Below are positions 38,500-47,144 of a DNA stretch of 64,000 nt, piece by piece. The position numbers and the translations under genes are program-made. The notes under the pieces were generated by a model that had not been told where the DNA came from, ran no database searches, and saw nothing but the letters and a program-made list of their open reading frames with translations. Source of the stretch: an uncultured delta proteobacterium (GTDB taxonomy: Bacteria; Myxococcota_A; Polyangia; Haliangiales; Haliangiaceae); assembly GCA_963848295.1 (NCBI GenBank), contig CAWKDB010000010.1:1696001-1760000 (forward strand), written 5' to 3'. Position 1 is the stretch's first letter, and the number at the start of each line of letters is the position of its first letter.

Positions 38500-38535
38500 T
38501 GACCGCTCGCGCCAAAGCACTGACCGGACCGGCTA
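38500..38535 (-). promoter_or_regulatory. Putative AraC-family tandem binding sites
   Basis: Plus-strand TGACCGCTCGCGCCA and TGACCGGACCGGCTA with 21-bp period, 37 nt from ATG 38463. Confidence 0.6.
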
Positions 38536-38546
38536 CACTGAACGCG

Positions 38547-40820
38547 GTGGAGCAGCCCCAGGGCAGCCTAGCGGCGGCGCCGCCGACCGAGCGCCTGGGC
38601 CGGTTGCTCGCGTCACCCGGCGGCGTGCTGGTGATCCTGCCGCTGCTCGTGATCTCGGCCGGGGTCGTCGTGTTGTTACTCGGCCGGCGCGCGACCACCG
38701 ATGCGAGCGACACGATGGCGCGGCAGCAGCTCGCCGCTCAGGCGGTCGACGTCCAGCACGACGTCGCGTTCGCGCTCGATCAAGCGCAGACGTTGCTCGT
38801 CAGCATGCGCGCGATCGCCGATCCGGACATGCCGATCGAAGAAGCCGCGATCCGGATGCGCGACATCGTCGCGGGGCGACCGGGCGTCGCGAACGTCAGC
38901 ATCGCGTTCCCGAGCGGCTTGATGCGCGGCACGTTCATCGATCTCTCCACCGGCGAGCTGCGAGTGCAAGAGAGTCGCGTCGGCGACCACGGCACCGCGC
39001 GCTCGAACTACAAGTTCACGCCCGGGCCACAACTCACGAGCACCGAGGTCACCGACTACGATCCGCGCGTCCGCCCGCACTACACCGACGCGGTCAAGGC
39101 GAAGCAGCGGATGTGGATGCCGCCGCGCACGTTCTTCACGTCGCACAAGACCGGGTTGACCGTCACCGAGCCGATCTACGACGACGATGGTTCGCTCCAC
39201 GCCGTGACGACGGTCGACTTCGATGTCGGCGAGCTGTCGTCGTTCATCGTGCGCGCCCCGCTCGAGAGCTCGCGCACGGTCGTGTTCGCGGCCGACGGTA
39301 CGATCCTCGCGTTCCCGTCGGCGCCTTTGCCGCAAGTTGCTTCGAAGGAGAACCGCCTGCTCCGCCACGAAGACTTCCGGGATCCAGCGCTCGAGGCGCT
39401 GTTCGCGGCGATCGGCAAGACGCCGATTCGCACGCTCACGTACTTCGAGCTGCACTCCGACGATGGCGACTACCTCGCGTCGGTCGCGCCGGTCGGCGGC
39501 AAGCGCGCGGGCATCGCGGCGCCGCTCGATTGGTACCTGACGACGCTCGTGCCCGAGCGCACCTTGCTCGGCCCGACCCAGCGGTTGTCGAAGCAAAGCC
39601 TGATCGCCTCCGGTGGCGCCCTCGCGATCGCGATGGGGGTCGCGCTGATGTTCGCGTGGAACCTCGTGCGCATGCGGCGCGCGGTCGGAGTTGCTCGCGA
39701 AGCGGCGCGATCAGCAGAGGCGCGCGCGAAAGAGCTCGGCAGCTATCGCCTCGTGTCGAAGCTCGGCGCCGGCGGCATGGGCGAGGTGTGGCGCGCCGAG
39801 CACCGGCTGCTCGCGCGGCAGGCGGCGATCAAGCTCGTGCGGCCCGAAGCGCTGCGCGATCCGAACCACGCCCCGAAGATCCGCGAACGGTTCCGGCGAG
39901 AGGCCCAGACGCTCGCGTCGATGCGATCGCGTCACACGATCGAGCTGTACGACTACGGCGTCACTGACGACGGCACGTTCTTCTACGTGATGGAGCTGCT
40001 CGACGGCTTCGATCTCGACACGCTCGTCCGGAGCTACGGCGCGCAATCGCCCGCCCGCGTCATCCAGTTGATGGCGCAAGCGTGTCAGTCGCTCGCCGAG
40101 GCGCACGACGCGGGCTTGCTGCATCGCGACATCAAACCCGCCAACCTGTTCATCAGCCGGGCCGCCGACGAGGTCGATGTGCTCAAGGTGCTCGACTTCG
40201 GCATCGTCCAGATGCGCTCCGAGGGCGCGGACCCAGTCGAGAATGTCGGGCTGCCGCAAGTGCGCGCGAACGGCTCGGGTGAACGGGTGCTATCGGCGCG
40301 TGCGAAGCTCACGCAGATCGGCTCGGTCGTCGGCACGCCGGGCTATATCCCGCCCGAGCAAGCGTACGGCGAAGACGTCGATGGCCGCGGCGATCTGTAC
40401 GCGCTCGGCTGCGTCGCGTGGTGGCTGCTGACCTCGACCGAGGTGTTCTCGCGCGTCGATGACGAAGAGGCGATCCGCGCACACGCCGAGGAACCCGTGC
40501 CACCGTTACGACCGCGCGTCCACGGTTGGTTACCGCAAGAGCTCGAGGACATCGTGCTATCGCTGCTCGCGAAGAGCCCGAACGATCGGCCGCGCGACGC
40601 GCACGTGCTCGCGAAACAGCTGCGTGCGATCGAGATCGACGACGAGCACGCGTGGACCGAAGCGCGCGCGCAAGCATGGTGGTACGTGAATCGACCCGCG
40701 AACATCGAGGCGCCACGCGCGGCACCGTCGCAGCAGGTGGTCGTCGCGGATGCCGGCTCGCAGCCGGCGCTCTCCGCCGGCCCCGACGCGAAGACGGTCG
40801 TCGCACGCCGTAGCCAGTAA
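38547..40820 (+). CDS. Membrane Ser/Thr protein kinase with extracytoplasmic Cache-like sensor domain
   Basis: TM, YDPRVRPHY Cache-like region, second TM, then Hanks kinase motifs LGAGGMGEV, AIK, HRDIKPAN, DFG, GTPGYIPPE, DLYALG. Confidence 0.9.
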   Translation: MEQPQGSLAAAPPTERLGRLLASPGGVLVILPLLVISAGVVVLLLGRRATTDASDTMARQQLAAQAVDVQHDVAFALDQAQTLLVSMRAIADPDMPIEEAAIRMRDIVAGRPGVANVSIAFPSGLMRGTFIDLSTGELRVQESRVGDHGTARSNYKFTPGPQLTSTEVTDYDPRVRPHYTDAVKAKQRMWMPPRTFFTSHKTGLTVTEPIYDDDGSLHAVTTVDFDVGELSSFIVRAPLESSRTVVFAADGTILAFPSAPLPQVASKENRLLRHEDFRDPALEALFAAIGKTPIRTLTYFELHSDDGDYLASVAPVGGKRAGIAAPLDWYLTTLVPERTLLGPTQRLSKQSLIASGGALAIAMGVALMFAWNLVRMRRAVGVAREAARSAEARAKELGSYRLVSKLGAGGMGEVWRAEHRLLARQAAIKLVRPEALRDPNHAPKIRERFRREAQTLASMRSRHTIELYDYGVTDDGTFFYVMELLDGFDLDTLVRSYGAQSPARVIQLMAQACQSLAEAHDAGLLHRDIKPANLFISRAADEVDVLKVLDFGIVQMRSEGADPVENVGLPQVRANGSGERVLSARAKLTQIGSVVGTPGYIPPEQAYGEDVDGRGDLYALGCVAWWLLTSTEVFSRVDDEEAIRAHAEEPVPPLRPRVHGWLPQELEDIVLSLLAKSPNDRPRDAHVLAKQLRAIEIDDEHAWTEARAQAWWYVNRPANIEAPRAAPSQQVVVADAGSQPALSAGPDAKTVVARRSQ

Positions 40821-40823
40821 CCT

Positions 40824-41285
40824 TTACGAAGCGGCCGAGCGATATGGCTCCGCGAACGCGATCGCGCCGGTCTCGACGAGCGACTTGAGGTTCGACAGGA
40901 CCTTGGGCCAGCCGCCAGACACCGACTCGATCACCTTCGAGTGCTCGCGCTCGCTGCCGTGCGTGATCGTCAACTTGACCGCGTCCGCCTGGGGCTCGAG
41001 CTCCATCGTACAGTGGGTCTCGCCGTCGGCCGCGAGCTCGGGCCGCTTGACATGGCGCCAGCGAATCACGAGTCGGCGCGGCGGCACCGCCTCGAGGATC
41101 TCGCCCGTGTCGAAGACAGCGCCGTCGCTCGCCATCAGCTGCCACGACGCACCCGCGGTCCAGTCGCTCTCGGCGTGCATGCCGAACCAGTACTGCTTCT
41201 GAAAAGCCGGATCGGTCAGCGCCGTCCACAGCTTCTCCGGCGTCGTGCGGATGTACGTCACGTAGACAAAGGTCGATCTAGCCAT
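40824..41285 (-). CDS. SRPBCC/AHSA1-family protein
   Basis: YIRTTPEKLWTALTDP, PPRRLVIRW, GGWPKVLSNLKSLVETG. Confidence 0.9.
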   Translation of the reverse strand: MARSTFVYVTYIRTTPEKLWTALTDPAFQKQYWFGMHAESDWTAGASWQLMASDGAVFDTGEILEAVPPRRLVIRWRHVKRPELAADGETHCTMELEPQADAVKLTITHGSEREHSKVIESVSGGWPKVLSNLKSLVETGAIAFAEPYRSAAS

Positions 41286-41610
41286 GAGCTCTCTCCAATC
41301 GTCGTTTGAGGTCGTCCAGCGCCTTCACGCGGGGCCGTTCGAATTTCGAGAGCCACCGCTCGTAGACCTCCTGCAGCGGCACCGGGTTGAGGAAGTGCAG
41401 CTTCTCGCGGCCTCGCCGCACCGTCGCGACGAGGTTCGCCGACTCGAGCACATCCAGATGCTGGGTCACGCCCTGGCGCGACATGTCCAGGTGGTCGCAC
41501 AATTCGCCGAGCGTGCGCCCTTCGTGCGCGTGCAACAGATCGAGCAGCTTGCGCCGGCTCGGATCGGCGAGCGCCTTGAACAGGAGGTTAGTTTCACGTC
41601 GCTCGGACAT
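41278..41610 (-). CDS. ArsR/SmtB-family transcriptional regulator
   Basis: FKALADPSRRKLLDLL, MSRQGVTQHLDVLE, GREKLHFLN. Confidence 0.92.
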   Translation of the reverse strand: MSERRETNLLFKALADPSRRKLLDLLHAHEGRTLGELCDHLDMSRQGVTQHLDVLESANLVATVRRGREKLHFLNPVPLQEVYERWLSKFERPRVKALDDLKRRLERAHG

Positions 41611-41612
41611 AT

Positions 41613-41662
41613 GGCAAGTTGTTACTTGCCTATTAATTAGCAAGCGCCTGCTTGCCTGTCAA
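41613..41662 (-). promoter_or_regulatory. Sigma70 promoter with two palindromic operators
   Basis: Minus strand TTGACA-N17-TAATTA. Inverted repeats GGCAAGT-N4-ACTTGCC (41613-41630) and AGCAAGC-N4-GCTTGCC (41639-41656). Confidence 0.8.
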
Positions 41663-41721
41663 GCGGTGTCGCGCGGTCCCGCGACCCTCCGTTGAGGCGC
41701 CTCGGATGCTAGGGTCGGAGC

Positions 41722-44019
41722 ATGAGAGCTCTCGTCGTCGGCCTGCTCGCGCTCTCGACCGCCGTGTCCGCGGCGCCCGAGCCGAGCGGTGCCCATCCCC
41801 GGATGTTGCTCGACCCCGAGCTGCACGCCGCGTTGCGCGCACAGGCCCGCGAAGCGCACGGCCCGGTGCGAGGTGCGATCGCGATCTGCGACGAGGCGCG
41901 CACGACCGACAAGCACGACAAGGCGATCTATCAAGGCGGCGATTGGAGCGCGACGCTCGAAGCCTGCCTCGTCGCGTGGGCCGCGACCGACGACCCGCAG
42001 CATGCGAAGACCGCGCTCAAGTTCTTCTCCGCGCTGCTCGACGATCTCGATGCCGTGGGCGATCACAAAGGTGGCGACGCCGCGGTGCGCCGCGACTCCG
42101 GATATTCGATTCGCAACCTCGGGCTCGCGACCGCGATCGCGTACGACTGGCTGCACGACGCACCGGGCATGACCGAGGAGCTACGCGCCCACGCGCGCGC
42201 GCGCTGGAAGGCCTGGCTCGACTGGTTCGCGACGAGTGGCTATCGCGCGCACGATCCGGCGTCGAACTACTACGCCGGCTACATGATCGCCGCGACGACG
42301 ATGGCGATCGCGCAAGGCGGCGAAGCCGGCAGCGACGGCGCCGCGCTGTGGAAGCTCGTCACCGACACGATGTGGGGCAAAGAGATCGCGCCCGCGCTCG
42401 CCGACAACGGCGTGCTCGACGGTGGCGATTGGCCCGAAGGCTGGCAATACGGGCCGCTGTCGATCGCGGAGCTCTCGCTCGGTGCGCGGGTGATGCGGGT
42501 ACACGGTGTGGAGGTCGGCGGCGTCGCGCGCTGGCTCGACGCCGTGCTGCGCCGCCATGTCTACGGCCTGTCGCCCGGCGACGGCGTGTTCCCGGGCGGC
42601 GACACCGAAGCCGAGGTCCCGAACGTGCCGCCGAACGTGCTCACGCTCGATGCGGTCGCGCTCGGTGACGCTTCGCCCGACGACAAGCGGTGGGCGCGCG
42701 GCGAGCTGTCGCGGTTGCAGCTGGCCGACAAGTACTACTTGCTGTTCGATGCGCTCGCCGGCGTCGGTGACAGACCGGTGCTCCCTCCGCGCTCGCAATG
42801 GCCGACGTGGTACGTCGCGGCTGGGACCGGCACGCTGTTCGCGCGCACGCGGTGGGACGACGACGCGATGTGGTTCGTCGCGACCTGCCACGCCGCGATC
42901 GACACCGACCACCGCCATCCCGATGCCGGTAACTTCGTGTTGTCGCGCGGCCACGACGACGTGATCGCGGACTCGGCGCCGTACGGAACGCAATCGACGC
43001 TGACGACCAACGCGCCGACGATCGCCGCGGCCGGGATGGCGCGGACCGACTACACGCCGAGCCAGGGCTGGTGGAGCGAGAAGACCGCGTTCGACTGGAC
43101 GACGCAGCGCAAGACCGGGGTCGTCGCGGCGCGCTGCGACTATGCCGATCAGTTCAAGAACCACGAGCAAGCGAGCGACATCCCGTACGCGCTGCGCGAC
43201 TTCGTGCTCGTGCCGGCCAGCGATGGCAAGGCAGCCGCGCTCGTCGTGGTCGACCGCGCGACGACCGGCGGCGCGGATCGCCCGCTGATCTTGAACTTTC
43301 ACACGCCGGGCAAGCTCGCGCTCTCGAGCGAAGTCGCGACCGCGCAGGTCGGTAACAGCAAGCTCGAGATCACGACGATCGGCGGCAACGCGCCCTCGAT
43401 CGGCGTGCCGACCGCGAAGGACTGCGAGCACGCCGAAGCGCGGGGTACGTGCGACGCGGCGCGCTTTCCAGCGACCTACTATCGCCAGAACGTCCCCGGG
43501 CCGGACGCGCGGGTCGTTCATGTGATCTCCGCGATCGATCGAGCGGCGGCGCGGCCGACCGCGACGCCGCTGTCGGGGGATGGCTTCGCCGGCGTCGTGC
43601 TCGGCGGGTTGCGCGACGCGGTCGTCGTGTGGCGGACCTCGAACAGCGGAGCGCTGGCCTACGCGGCACCGCGCCGATCCGGCGTGATCCACGTCGTGCT
43701 CGACGCGGCCGGCCGCGACGGGTTCGCGACGATCACGGCGAAGCCGGACGGCAATCATTGCGCGGTTCAAGTCACCCCCGGCGGGACCACCGCGGCGAGC
43801 CCGCTCATCGCGGTGCTCGACGACAAGTGCGCGGTCACGATCGACCCCGAGCTCGCCGCAGCGTCGGCGGCCGGGACCCGCCCGAGTCGCGCGCAGCTCA
43901 CGACGTCGCCGCGCGCCGGCTGTTGCGAAGCGCAGAGTGCGCCGGGCTCGCCGCTCGCGATGGTCCTCGTCGTGTTGCTCGCGCTTCGTGGTCAGCGTCC
44001 GCGTTCGCGGCGCGCGTAG
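41722..44019 (+). CDS. Heparinase II/III-like polysaccharide lyase-type protein with MYXO-CTERM-like tail
   Basis: Signal peptide, HPRML, AIAYDWL, GGDWPEGWQYG, HRHPDAGNF. C-terminus GCC...hydrophobic...RPRSRR. Confidence 0.7.
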   Translation: MRALVVGLLALSTAVSAAPEPSGAHPRMLLDPELHAALRAQAREAHGPVRGAIAICDEARTTDKHDKAIYQGGDWSATLEACLVAWAATDDPQHAKTALKFFSALLDDLDAVGDHKGGDAAVRRDSGYSIRNLGLATAIAYDWLHDAPGMTEELRAHARARWKAWLDWFATSGYRAHDPASNYYAGYMIAATTMAIAQGGEAGSDGAALWKLVTDTMWGKEIAPALADNGVLDGGDWPEGWQYGPLSIAELSLGARVMRVHGVEVGGVARWLDAVLRRHVYGLSPGDGVFPGGDTEAEVPNVPPNVLTLDAVALGDASPDDKRWARGELSRLQLADKYYLLFDALAGVGDRPVLPPRSQWPTWYVAAGTGTLFARTRWDDDAMWFVATCHAAIDTDHRHPDAGNFVLSRGHDDVIADSAPYGTQSTLTTNAPTIAAAGMARTDYTPSQGWWSEKTAFDWTTQRKTGVVAARCDYADQFKNHEQASDIPYALRDFVLVPASDGKAAALVVVDRATTGGADRPLILNFHTPGKLALSSEVATAQVGNSKLEITTIGGNAPSIGVPTAKDCEHAEARGTCDAARFPATYYRQNVPGPDARVVHVISAIDRAAARPTATPLSGDGFAGVVLGGLRDAVVVWRTSNSGALAYAAPRRSGVIHVVLDAAGRDGFATITAKPDGNHCAVQVTPGGTTAASPLIAVLDDKCAVTIDPELAAASAAGTRPSRAQLTTSPRAGCCEAQSAPGSPLAMVLVVLLALRGQRPRSRRA

Positions 44020-45029
44020 GCCGCGCCGAGCGCATCGACGAGTCGCGCGAGCTCCTTGGCCGCGGCGCCGTCGTCGCCGAGGTGCGGATCGCCGACCGCG
44101 AGGATGGCCTCGACGCGATCCGCGATCGCGATCGGTGCTGCGATCGGCGCTCGGGCATCGCCGAGCAAGCGGGCGAGCTCGCCGGAGCCGCCGGCGGTCG
44201 CGAGGTCTCGGGTCGCGTACGCTCGTGCGACGAGCGAGCTCCCCGACAGCTCGAGCGACACGTCGTCGACCGCGACGAGCTGTGCGCCGTGGCCGCGGAA
44301 GCCGATCGCTTTGCTGTCGGTGATGCGCATGAGCAACGCCGCGCGCCATCGCCGCACCGCGTACGCCATCACGTAGAGCTCCGCCGCCGTACGCGTGATC
44401 GCGCGATCGATCTCGTCGAGGACCTCGTCGAATGTCTGGGCCGTGTGCAGACGCACCGGCACCCGCCCCGGGCCCGCGGCGACGAACAGATCCGACACGC
44501 TGCGCGCCCGGCGCAACGATGGTCGCTGCTCGCCGACGCGAATGTCGCCGATGTCCGCGATCGATGGCGGCGTCTCGAACTTCGCGTCCGGCGCCGGATC
44601 GCCGTAGACCGCGCGCACGAGGCGATCGAGCTGGATCGCCGGTGCCACGGACAACGCGACGGGCAGCTTGCACGCGTGTTCGAGCGCGGCCGCCAAGATC
44701 GGGGTCGGATTCTTCGCGCACGCGACGATGCCGCCATCGCGCGCCCGGCCGATCGCGACGACGCCCCAGCGCTGACCGAGCGCGGCTGGAATCGTCGACA
44801 GCACGTCGGGATCGCGGCGCTCGAAGTGGCGTTGCAACATCGCGGGATAGCCGAGCTGCTCGGACAGCGCGAGCGCGCCGTCGTCCGGTTCGAGGTGCGC
44901 GTGCGCGATCAACGTCGACACGAGCCGTTGGCCGCCGGCGGTCTGCTCGCGCAGCGTGCGCGACAGCAGCCACGGATCGATCACCTCGCGGAGCAAGAGC
45001 ACCTCGCCAATCCGCAGCCGCTCGCTCAC
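43992..45029 (-). CDS. MshEN/T2SSE_N-like domain protein with C-terminal GAF-like region
   Basis: RIGEVLL...L...L.EQ, ALSEQLGYP, LDRLVRAVYG. C-terminal PIAAPIAIADRVEAILAVGD. Confidence 0.7.
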   Translation of the reverse strand: MSERLRIGEVLLLREVIDPWLLSRTLREQTAGGQRLVSTLIAHAHLEPDDGALALSEQLGYPAMLQRHFERRDPDVLSTIPAALGQRWGVVAIGRARDGGIVACAKNPTPILAAALEHACKLPVALSVAPAIQLDRLVRAVYGDPAPDAKFETPPSIADIGDIRVGEQRPSLRRARSVSDLFVAAGPGRVPVRLHTAQTFDEVLDEIDRAITRTAAELYVMAYAVRRWRAALLMRITDSKAIGFRGHGAQLVAVDDVSLELSGSSLVARAYATRDLATAGGSGELARLLGDARAPIAAPIAIADRVEAILAVGDPHLGDDGAAAKELARLVDALGAAYARRERGR

Positions 45030-45042
45030 CGCCGGCGTTGTA

Positions 45043-45921
45043 CTACAAGATCCGCAGCGGTGCGGTGCGCGCGTTGATCGTCGCCGGTCGGTCCGGCTCA
45101 CCCGGCTTCGCGCCGTGCTTGTGAACATGTCCGATCCGGAGCGCGTAGGTCACGCCGCGCTTGAGCTGCCAACGTTCGTCGGGCGCGCGCATGTCTTGAC
45201 CGCCGAAGCTCGGCCGTTCGCCGGGCAGGTCGAGCAACGCGTAGACCGGATTCCCGGCCTGGTCCGCGACCGGCCAGCCATCGCCATCGACCGCCGGCGG
45301 AGACCCGACGACCTGGAAGTACGCCAGGTCACCGTCTTTCGCGAGGCTGATCGGCCGCGCGCCGGCCGGCATGGAGCTGGTCGCCACGGCGTGGCCGGGC
45401 ACGGACGGTGGATCCTTCGGAGTCGGAGCGGTCACCGGAGGGAGCGGGGTCACCGCGTCGACGTTCCAGATCCAGTGGCGATCGGCGTCCAGCGTCCACG
45501 CGCCGCCGAGCGCGACCCGGCCGGTTGCCGGTTTGCCTGCGAGCGCGAAGTGAATAGCGAGCGCACCGTTGCCGTCGGTCTCGTCGACCAACCACGGCAG
45601 CGGTTCGGCAGCGACGATCGTGCCGTAGACGACTCCGTGTTGACCGCGCCGCGCGAGATACCGCGCGCGATCGACGACCGCCTGCCACGCGGGAATCGCA
45701 CCGAGCTCGTCGAGCATCTTGCCAGGATCGGGTGAAGGCTCGGTCTCGTCCGGCTTCGCCGGTAAGTCGACCGCGGAGCCATCGCTCGCATCGAGCCGCC
45801 CCGGTTTCACCGCGACCGCGGCATCGCGCCCGGCTAGCTTGTCGACGCGCGGAGGCGGTTCCCCGCCGCTCTGACATGCCGCGAGCGACAGCAGCGCGAG
45901 CGCGAACGCGCGAGTCGTCAC
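45043..45921 (-). CDS. Lipoprotein, unknown function
   Basis: Lipobox LAAC. GTGA coupling with the upstream GAF gene. Confidence 0.7.
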   Translation of the reverse strand: MTTRAFALALLSLAACQSGGEPPPRVDKLAGRDAAVAVKPGRLDASDGSAVDLPAKPDETEPSPDPGKMLDELGAIPAWQAVVDRARYLARRGQHGVVYGTIVAAEPLPWLVDETDGNGALAIHFALAGKPATGRVALGGAWTLDADRHWIWNVDAVTPLPPVTAPTPKDPPSVPGHAVATSSMPAGARPISLAKDGDLAYFQVVGSPPAVDGDGWPVADQAGNPVYALLDLPGERPSFGGQDMRAPDERWQLKRGVTYALRIGHVHKHGAKPGEPDRPATINARTAPLRIL

Positions 45922-46433
45922 CACGCGAGCTTGGCAACCAGCGCAGCGACCTGCGCGAGCCCATCGGCATCGACCGCATCGAACGCGGCTAGCTCGTAGC
46001 TGTCGAGATCGAGCACCGCGACGACCTCGCCGCTGCGCACGATCGGCACGACGATCTCGCTGCGCGAGCCGGCGTCGCACGCGATGTGGCCGGGGAACTT
46101 CTCGACATCGGGGACGACGATCGTGCGGCGCTCGGCCGCGGCGGTGCCGCACACGCCCTTGCCGAGCGCGATGCGGACGCATGCGACCTTGCCCTGAAAC
46201 GGGCCCAGCACGAGCTCGCCGCCGCGCATGACGTAGAAGCCGATCCAGCTCGCGGCCGGGGCGGCGTCGCGCAACGCCGCGGTGAGGTTCGCGAGGTTCG
46301 CGATCAGATCGGGCTCGCCGTCGACGAGCGACGCGAGCTGGGGCAAGAGCTCGCGGTAGCGCCCTGGCTTGTCGGCGTCGCTGCCCGTCGGGCGTTCGCC
46401 CGACTTGCCGCTTGGCGAAACCGCGTCGGCCAC
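45918..46433 (-). CDS. msrC: GAF-domain protein, free methionine-(R)-sulfoxide reductase-like
   Basis: IANLAN, WIGFY, LGPFQGKVAC, GKGVCG, FPGHIACD, SEIVVP, VLDLDS. Confidence 0.85.
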   Translation of the reverse strand: MADAVSPSGKSGERPTGSDADKPGRYRELLPQLASLVDGEPDLIANLANLTAALRDAAPAASWIGFYVMRGGELVLGPFQGKVACVRIALGKGVCGTAAAERRTIVVPDVEKFPGHIACDAGSRSEIVVPIVRSGEVVAVLDLDSYELAAFDAVDADGLAQVAALVAKLAW

Positions 46434-46438
46434 AGGCT

Positions 46439-47098
46439 CTAGCCCGCGGCGAGCTGGCGCGCCGCGCTGAGTGCGCGCGGGATGCCGAACGGGCTCGCGC
46501 GCAGCTGGAGGATCAAGAAGTCGCCCTCGGTCGAGAGACCGGAGACCTGGACGACCGGCGTCAACGTGCCGAGCACGCCGCGCACGCGATCGTTCGTTGC
46601 GAACTTCGGGTTCTGCATCAGGTCGAGCACGATGACATCATCGTGCGCTTCGACGAGCACCGCCGGCCGCTTCGGCATGAACTTGGCGAGGTTGCCGGGC
46701 TTGCTCAGATCGAGGGCGCCCGACTTGATTAGCCCGGCGACCGGCGTGAACGATTCGCCGAGCACCTTCATCGTGACGTCGGAGATCCGCAGCGAGACCT
46801 TGAACTTGTCGTCGGAGACCTCGATCTGGTCGATCCGGATCGATGCGCCGGCGCGCACCGTCGTGCCCATCAGATCGATCGTCGCGCCGAGTCCGATCGC
46901 GGGCGGACGCGGCGTGATCGTGACGTCTTGCGGCGCCTTCTTCGACGGCGGCGTGTTCGAGATGAACCAGCGGACGGCATCGAGCGGCACCGCGATCCGC
47001 ATCCCGAGCGCGTGACGCGCCATGCTCAGCATGGTGGTCGGATTCTTGAGCATGAAGCGACCGGCAGAACGCAGCGCAGCTCGGAGCGGGAGTGCCAT
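46439..47098 (-). CDS. Hypothetical protein
   Basis: Clean ORF with typical codon usage from MALPLRAAL. No recognised motif. Confidence 0.65.
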   Translation of the reverse strand: MALPLRAALRSAGRFMLKNPTTMLSMARHALGMRIAVPLDAVRWFISNTPPSKKAPQDVTITPRPPAIGLGATIDLMGTTVRAGASIRIDQIEVSDDKFKVSLRISDVTMKVLGESFTPVAGLIKSGALDLSKPGNLAKFMPKRPAVLVEAHDDVIVLDLMQNPKFATNDRVRGVLGTLTPVVQVSGLSTEGDFLILQLRASPFGIPRALSAARQLAAG

Positions 47099-47144
47099 CC
47101 TCGATCCATAGCAGAGCGCGCCTAGCGGCGTCGCGCGCCCACGG

